From Chlamydiota bacterium (lineage in GTDB: Bacteria; Chlamydiota; Chlamydiia; Chlamydiales; SM23-39): DNA of 31,116 nt. The position numbers and the translations under genes are program-made. The notes under the pieces were generated by a model. That model made no database searches, was not told where the DNA came from, and saw nothing but the letters and a program-made list of their open reading frames with translations. Shown piece by piece: positions 26,205-31,116 of this stretch; position 1 is the stretch's first letter, and every line of letters begins with the position of its first letter. The DNA lies in contig JBCAXK010000015.1 of the NCBI GenBank assembly GCA_038534095.1, positions 1 through 31,116 on the forward strand. Direction: 5' to 3'.

Positions 26205-28454
26205 ATGAAGAACTCCTCAAAAAAAAAACAAGTCAAACAGCATACGGAAATGCGGGGCCTTATCCTGCTCTTTTTTTCTGGTTTTTGGGGACTTTCTTTA
26301 CTAAGCTACGCGGGAGGTTCCCCTTCAGCCAATCTGCTCGGGTATTTAGGCCACGTAACCGCCCTTGTTTCTTTGTATCTGTTTGGACTAAGTAGCTACA
26401 TCTTTTTAGCGATTTTAGGATACGCAGCCTATTTGTACGTAATCAACGCGGTAGATAAAGGTATCCCCTACGGAAAAAAAACGGTTGTATGCTTCACCGT
26501 GCTGATGTTTTCCACCTCATTTTTAGCGACTATTTTAGCCGACACCTTCCCCAAAAAAGCCCCCTTATTTGAAACAAACGTCTATTCAGAAAAAATCACA
26601 GTAAAAACGCCGAAATTACGGATCATAGAGCGGCACAATTTGGGAGGCGTTCCCGCCTATTACCTGTATAAAGACCTCCCATTTCTTAGCGTCAAAGAAC
26701 TTCTCAGCCCCTCTGGAGCCTTTTTGCTCTTTAGCTCTACCTTTTTTGTAGCTCTTATGATCCTAACCAAAACTTCTCTTTTCGATCTTGCAAAAGGGGC
26801 GCGTTTTCTCATCAAAAGCTGTTACCGGCAATGCAAGCGAGCCCTTTTTTCTGTCCGAAAACCGCAGCGCAAAAAAGCTCCTGCAAAAAAACCGGCCACA
26901 AAAGTGGCTGCAAAAAAAGCCCCCGCAAAATTCCTGTCCAACCCTTTTGCAAAAAGAAGGAAACCAACAGCTACTCCTGTAGAAACGGTTTCTCCCCTCC
27001 CCTCGTCTCTTCCCTACCGTTATGAAATCCCCTCCTCTCTTTTTTTGAGCGATCCAAAACCTATTGATCAGTCTTCTCTCACGAAAGACCTACAGAAACA
27101 GGCGAAGGTACTCGAAAAAACGTTACAAAACTTCCACATTGAAGGGAAGGTGGGCGATATCCACTGCGGCCCTACGATCACCTCATTTGAAGTGGAACCT
27201 CCAGTAGGGGTAAAGGTGCAAAAAATCAAAGCACTAGAAAATGATATCGCTCTCAGTATGGAAGCAAAATCGGTCCGTATTTTAGCTCCGATTCCTGGCA
27301 AAGCCGTTGTGGGTATTGAAATCCCCTCTTCCATCCCACAAGAGGTGAGTTTTAAGGAGATGCTCGATCATTATAAGAGTGAGAAAAAAACGTACCATAT
27401 TCCGATCATGCTCGGGAAAACCGTTGTCGGAGAGTACGTCAGCGCCGATCTAACAAAAACGCCCCATTGCCTCATTGCGGGAGCAACCGGATCTGGAAAA
27501 TCGGTATGCATCAATACGCTTGTGATGTCCATTTTGATGAACGCTCGGCCCGATCAGGTGAAAATGCTCATGATTGACCCGAAAAAAGTGGAACTCAGCC
27601 AGTACTCCACCCTGCCCCACATGATCGCACCTGTGATTTCAGAGCCTCACGGCGCCTACGCCGCTTTGCAGTGGCTTGTCCAGGAAATGCAACTGCGCTA
27701 CGAGATCTTAAAGCAGCTAAAGCTCCGCAATATCCATGCGTTCAATAAAAGAAAAAAACAGCCAGAACAAGAAAGCTCATTTCCGGTTCCGATTCCTGAG
27801 CACATGCCCTTTATTGTGGGAATCATCGATGAATTTGCTGATCTCATGATGGTTTCTAGTTCCGATTTAGAAACCCCCATTGCAAGAATTGCCCAAATGG
27901 CAAGAGCCGTAGGGATTCACCTCATTCTAGCAACACAAAGGCCTTCCCGAGAGGTGATCACAGGGATCATCAAAGCGAACTTCCCAACAAGAATTGCGTT
28001 CAAAGTATCGAACCGTGTCAACTCACAAATCATCCTCGATGAAACAGGCGCTGAAAGCCTTTTAGGCAATGGTGATCTTCTATTCAATCCTCCCGGGACC
28101 TCCAATTTAGTGAGAGCGCAAGGAGCTTATATTTCCGATCAAGATATTTACAATGTGATTGAGCAAATCACAAGGCAGGCACCTACCAACTACCTCATTG
28201 AGTCCTTTGATGCGATGAAAAAAGAAGAGGTTGATCAACAATCTGGAAGTGACGCTCTTTATGAAAAAGCTCTTGAGGTCGTCCTCTCTTCTAAGTCCGC
28301 TTCCACCACGTTTTTACAAAGAAAACTCAAAATTGGTTACGCAAGAGCTGCCTCTTTAATGGATAGCTTAGAAGAAAATGGGGTTGTGGGGCCGCAAGAG
28401 GGAGCCAAACCAAGAAAGGTGCTAAAATCCCACGAATCTTACTTGATTCCTTAA
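26205..28454 (+). CDS. ftsK: DNA translocase FtsK
   Basis: N-terminal TMs, IAGATGSGKS, MIDPKKVEL, IIDEFADLM, LATQRPS, and the gamma domain LQRKLKIGYARAA. Confidence 0.96.
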   Translation: MKNSSKKKQVKQHTEMRGLILLFFSGFWGLSLLSYAGGSPSANLLGYLGHVTALVSLYLFGLSSYIFLAILGYAAYLYVINAVDKGIPYGKKTVVCFTVLMFSTSFLATILADTFPKKAPLFETNVYSEKITVKTPKLRIIERHNLGGVPAYYLYKDLPFLSVKELLSPSGAFLLFSSTFFVALMILTKTSLFDLAKGARFLIKSCYRQCKRALFSVRKPQRKKAPAKKPATKVAAKKAPAKFLSNPFAKRRKPTATPVETVSPLPSSLPYRYEIPSSLFLSDPKPIDQSSLTKDLQKQAKVLEKTLQNFHIEGKVGDIHCGPTITSFEVEPPVGVKVQKIKALENDIALSMEAKSVRILAPIPGKAVVGIEIPSSIPQEVSFKEMLDHYKSEKKTYHIPIMLGKTVVGEYVSADLTKTPHCLIAGATGSGKSVCINTLVMSILMNARPDQVKMLMIDPKKVELSQYSTLPHMIAPVISEPHGAYAALQWLVQEMQLRYEILKQLKLRNIHAFNKRKKQPEQESSFPVPIPEHMPFIVGIIDEFADLMMVSSSDLETPIARIAQMARAVGIHLILATQRPSREVITGIIKANFPTRIAFKVSNRVNSQIILDETGAESLLGNGDLLFNPPGTSNLVRAQGAYISDQDIYNVIEQITRQAPTNYLIESFDAMKKEEVDQQSGSDALYEKALEVVLSSKSASTTFLQRKLKIGYARAASLMDSLEENGVVGPQEGAKPRKVLKSHESYLIP

Positions 28455-28634
28455 CCCTTCTTTAAAAAAGTAGGCTACACTCAGCTAGTACCATCCTGAA
28501 ACCAACATTCCACAACTTTGATGTTGCAGTGTAGATTTTTTCAAAGGAAGACCCAAGTGTCCTAACCGACATTGAGCAGATGCAGCCTACAGTCCGCGCC
28601 CTTTTATTTTGAAGCGTAAATTGTTGCAAAAGAA

Positions 28635-29146
28635 GACTTTGCCTCTGGTAAATTGATTTTTGGAGTGATAGACACGGTAATACGCATATCCATTGAGAAT
28701 CAGTCCATCAGTAAGCCTTAAAGCCATCTGTATAGATGGTTGATTTCTCTAGCACTTTTCCTTGAATACTAGGCATAAGTTCTTCTTTTGAACAGTTTTT
28801 CATAAGAGACACAAAGACTTTTCCAGTTCTCTTGAAAAGCCCAAAAACAGGCGTTGCCTACTCCTTATCTTCTTTTCCCTCGAACAGGCCCCTCTCCAAA
28901 ATAGCTTTCATCTGAAAATGCCCAGTTCTTTTTCCAAAATTGTTAAGGTCTCTCGAAAAATAGCTCTTCTAAACAGATTATAATATCGGTTGATTGTGTT
29001 CCGATTGATTCCCAAAATTTGTGCTGCAACTGTTGCATTTAAATTCCTGCAAAAGGACTGCAGAATTTTTCTAATTTTATACTCACCTAACCTATTGAAT
29101 TTCATAGAAAAACACCTTAATTCTTGGTGTTTTGCTAGTCAAGAGC
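28635..29146 (-). mobile_element. IS1595-family (IS1016-like) element remnant, transposase pseudogene
   Basis: ORF 28908..29105 (HTH; GINRNTINRYY) continues through frameshifts and a stop into DESYFG..VRGKR, TPVFGLFKRTGKV, IYTDGFKAY/DGL, YRVYHSKNQFTRGK, then is truncated. Candidate left end GCTCTTGACTAG at 29146-29135. Confidence 0.85.
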
Positions 29147-29225
29147 TACAGAAATATTTATAGTGACCTCTAAAAACTCATGTGTTACAGAAAAATCAAG
29201 ACAATAGCTTAAATAAGGATTATGT

Positions 29226-31116
29226 ATGAAATGGCGCTACTTATGGATAACAACCACTTTATGCAAATTATCTCTTGTTTATGGAGCTGAATGGAATATT
29301 GACAACGATGGTCTATGGTCTGTGGGAAGCAACTGGAACCCTGCAAACGTTCCAGGCCTAAGCCTGGATTTTAATGCAGTTTTGGGCAGTGTAATTACTC
29401 AAGCGCGGACGATTACTTTAGATCAGAATTTTTCATTAAGTAGCCTATCCTTCGACAATACTTTTCCTTATACGCTCACATCTAATAATAATAGTAGTTT
29501 AAGGGTCGGTAGTATAATCGCAGTAAACAGTGGTTCGCATGTCATTGATAATAATCTTGTTATAGACGGATCGGTGACCGTAAATACAATATCTGGGACT
29601 GCTCTGAATGTAAGTAAAATGGTTTCTGGCGCAGGCGATCTCTTAAAACAATCCCCAGGAGAACTTACTTTATCTGCCACAGATAATACCTTCACAGGAG
29701 ATATCTTATTGCAAGGAGGAAAAATCAGTGTAGGGAGTTTAGGAGGAACAGGAAGCATCAGCTTAAATACTGGTACGACGTTTGAGCCTCTTTCTCCGCT
29801 GACTACGACAGACAGACCGTTTGATTTAGTCGGCGACAGTACGATTTTCGTCGATACTGGTCATACCTTTACGGTGGATGGAACCCTCTCAGGAGCTGGC
29901 GCCTTGACCAAAGATGGGGATGGCACGCTGATTTTTGGTACCACTTCTGCAGGTGCTTATACAGCGCCGATCGACATACAGGAGGGAACCTTGTCTGCAG
30001 CAAGCTTAGCAGACGGTGGTCCAGTCAGTTTAGCCGATGGAACAACGTTTGAATCACTCGCTCCTTTCGCAAATTCGAATCGAGCTTTCACTCTTGCAGG
30101 CTCTTCGACTATTGCTGTGCCAGCAGCAGCGCACGTTTTCACCATTAGAGGAGCCGTGACCAATAATGGAACGGCCACGATGGTGAAACAAGGAGACGGA
30201 AGGCTCTGTTTGCTTAACGATGCTAATGGCACCTATGAAATGATCATCGAAGCGGGTAATTTCTGCATCCTCACTGCAGATAATTTAGGCGGAGATCGGT
30301 TGACCCTGAATGGGGGTACATTAGAAAATATAGCAGGCCCTATTCTACATACCGAAGAATTGGTTATTGGTCCAAATGGAGGAACAATCGATGCCAAGCA
30401 GAACAACTTTGAGCAAACTGGCGTTGCCTCTGGAAGCGGGCCCCTGACAAAAATTGGCTTCGGAGAACTCCTCTTATCGAGCACGAGCAATACCTTCACC
30501 GGAGATATTAATCTCCAAGTAGGGAAGATTTCAGCAGGCAGCCTAGGGGGGACCGGAACCATTACGATAACTGCAGGAACCACCTTTGAGCCTCTTTCTA
30601 CTTTTCCAACAACTGACCGTTCTTTTGATGTAGCGGCTGATGGCAGCATTTTAGTAGACAACGCGCATACCTTTACTATCGATGGAGCTCTTACAAACAC
30701 CGGCATATTGGTCAAAGATGGCAATGGCACTCTGATTTTAGGGCCTACTTCTGCGATAGCCTACACAGGGGGGATCAACATACAAAACGGAAGGCTCAGC
30801 GCAGCAAGTTTAGGAAGCACGGGCTCAGTCCTAATAACTTCAGGGACAACCTTTGAGGCGCTTGCTCCTTTAGCCACTTCTGATAGAGATTTCATTCTTG
30901 GGAGAAACTCCAACATTTCGGTGGGTCCAGGTCACGATTTCACCATTGCAGGAGCCGTTAGCGGTATCGGAGCATCCACCATGGTGAAACAAGGAGACGG
31001 AAGGCTCTGTTTATCTAACGCCGCTAACGGCACCTATGAAACGCTTGTCGAGGCGGGCACGTTATGCATCACTGAAGTCGATGCATTAGGTGGGGATCGG
31101 GTTACTCTCAACGGGG
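29226..31116 (+). CDS. Large secreted adhesin/autotransporter passenger with autotransporter-associated beta-strand repeats (partial, runs off window)
   Basis: Hand translation is open from ATG 29226 to the window end (630 codons). AAGGA SD; signal peptide MKWRYLWITTTLCKLSLVYGA; W..DNDGLWS..SNWNP..VP; repeated L.K.G.G.L.L...N(T/Y)TG.I.I..G.L units. Confidence 0.9.
   Translation, partial: MKWRYLWITTTLCKLSLVYGAEWNIDNDGLWSVGSNWNPANVPGLSLDFNAVLGSVITQARTITLDQNFSLSSLSFDNTFPYTLTSNNNSSLRVGSIIAVNSGSHVIDNNLVIDGSVTVNTISGTALNVSKMVSGAGDLLKQSPGELTLSATDNTFTGDILLQGGKISVGSLGGTGSISLNTGTTFEPLSPLTTTDRPFDLVGDSTIFVDTGHTFTVDGTLSGAGALTKDGDGTLIFGTTSAGAYTAPIDIQEGTLSAASLADGGPVSLADGTTFESLAPFANSNRAFTLAGSSTIAVPAAAHVFTIRGAVTNNGTATMVKQGDGRLCLLNDANGTYEMIIEAGNFCILTADNLGGDRLTLNGGTLENIAGPILHTEELVIGPNGGTIDAKQNNFEQTGVASGSGPLTKIGFGELLLSSTSNTFTGDINLQVGKISAGSLGGTGTITITAGTTFEPLSTFPTTDRSFDVAADGSILVDNAHTFTIDGALTNTGILVKDGNGTLILGPTSAIAYTGGINIQNGRLSAASLGSTGSVLITSGTTFEALAPLATSDRDFILGRNSNISVGPGHDFTIAGAVSGIGASTMVKQGDGRLCLSNAANGTYETLVEAGTLCITEVDALGGDRVTLNG

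Noticed and set aside
3192..28105. Numerous short ORFs nested in or antisense to well-supported genes
   Set aside because: No motifs or RBS, and fully overlapped by conserved genes; treated as spurious.
29468..30730. Minus-strand ORFs 29468..29758, 29957..30232, 30233..30730
   Set aside because: Antisense shadows of the repetitive plus-strand adhesin gene.

Overview
Bacterial chromosomal window, most likely from an environmental member of the Chlamydiota. This is inferred from the dnaX-ybaB><ptsI-ptsH...comEC synteny known from Chlamydia, the extra hprK, and several orphan proteins with bilobed hydrophobic segments. The core backbone comprises a GT9 glycosyltransferase, metallophosphoesterase, HIT hydrolase, phosphohexomutase, two paralogous YVTN/YncE beta-propeller proteins, a 7TM-HD (PgpH-like) phosphodiesterase, dnaX, ybaB/ebfC, ptsI-ptsH-hprK, type II NADH dehydrogenase, comEC, tRNA-His(GUG), uppP and ftsK. 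There are three accessory blocks. (i) About 8.85-11.2 kb: an AbiE type IV toxin-antitoxin module (toxin frameshifted) plus ISAs1 and ISKra4 transposase debris, bracketed by a degenerate ~55-bp direct repeat. (ii) 11.3-14.0 kb: three effector-like membrane proteins, including a membrane-anchored U-box/RING-like E3 ligase candidate in a two-gene operon. (iii) 28.5 kb to the end: IS1595-family debris followed by the 5' part of a large secreted autotransporter-repeat adhesin with a 3x89-aa super-repeat, which the ORF track misses because it runs off the window. All family calls come from motif recognition by eye; no searches were run.
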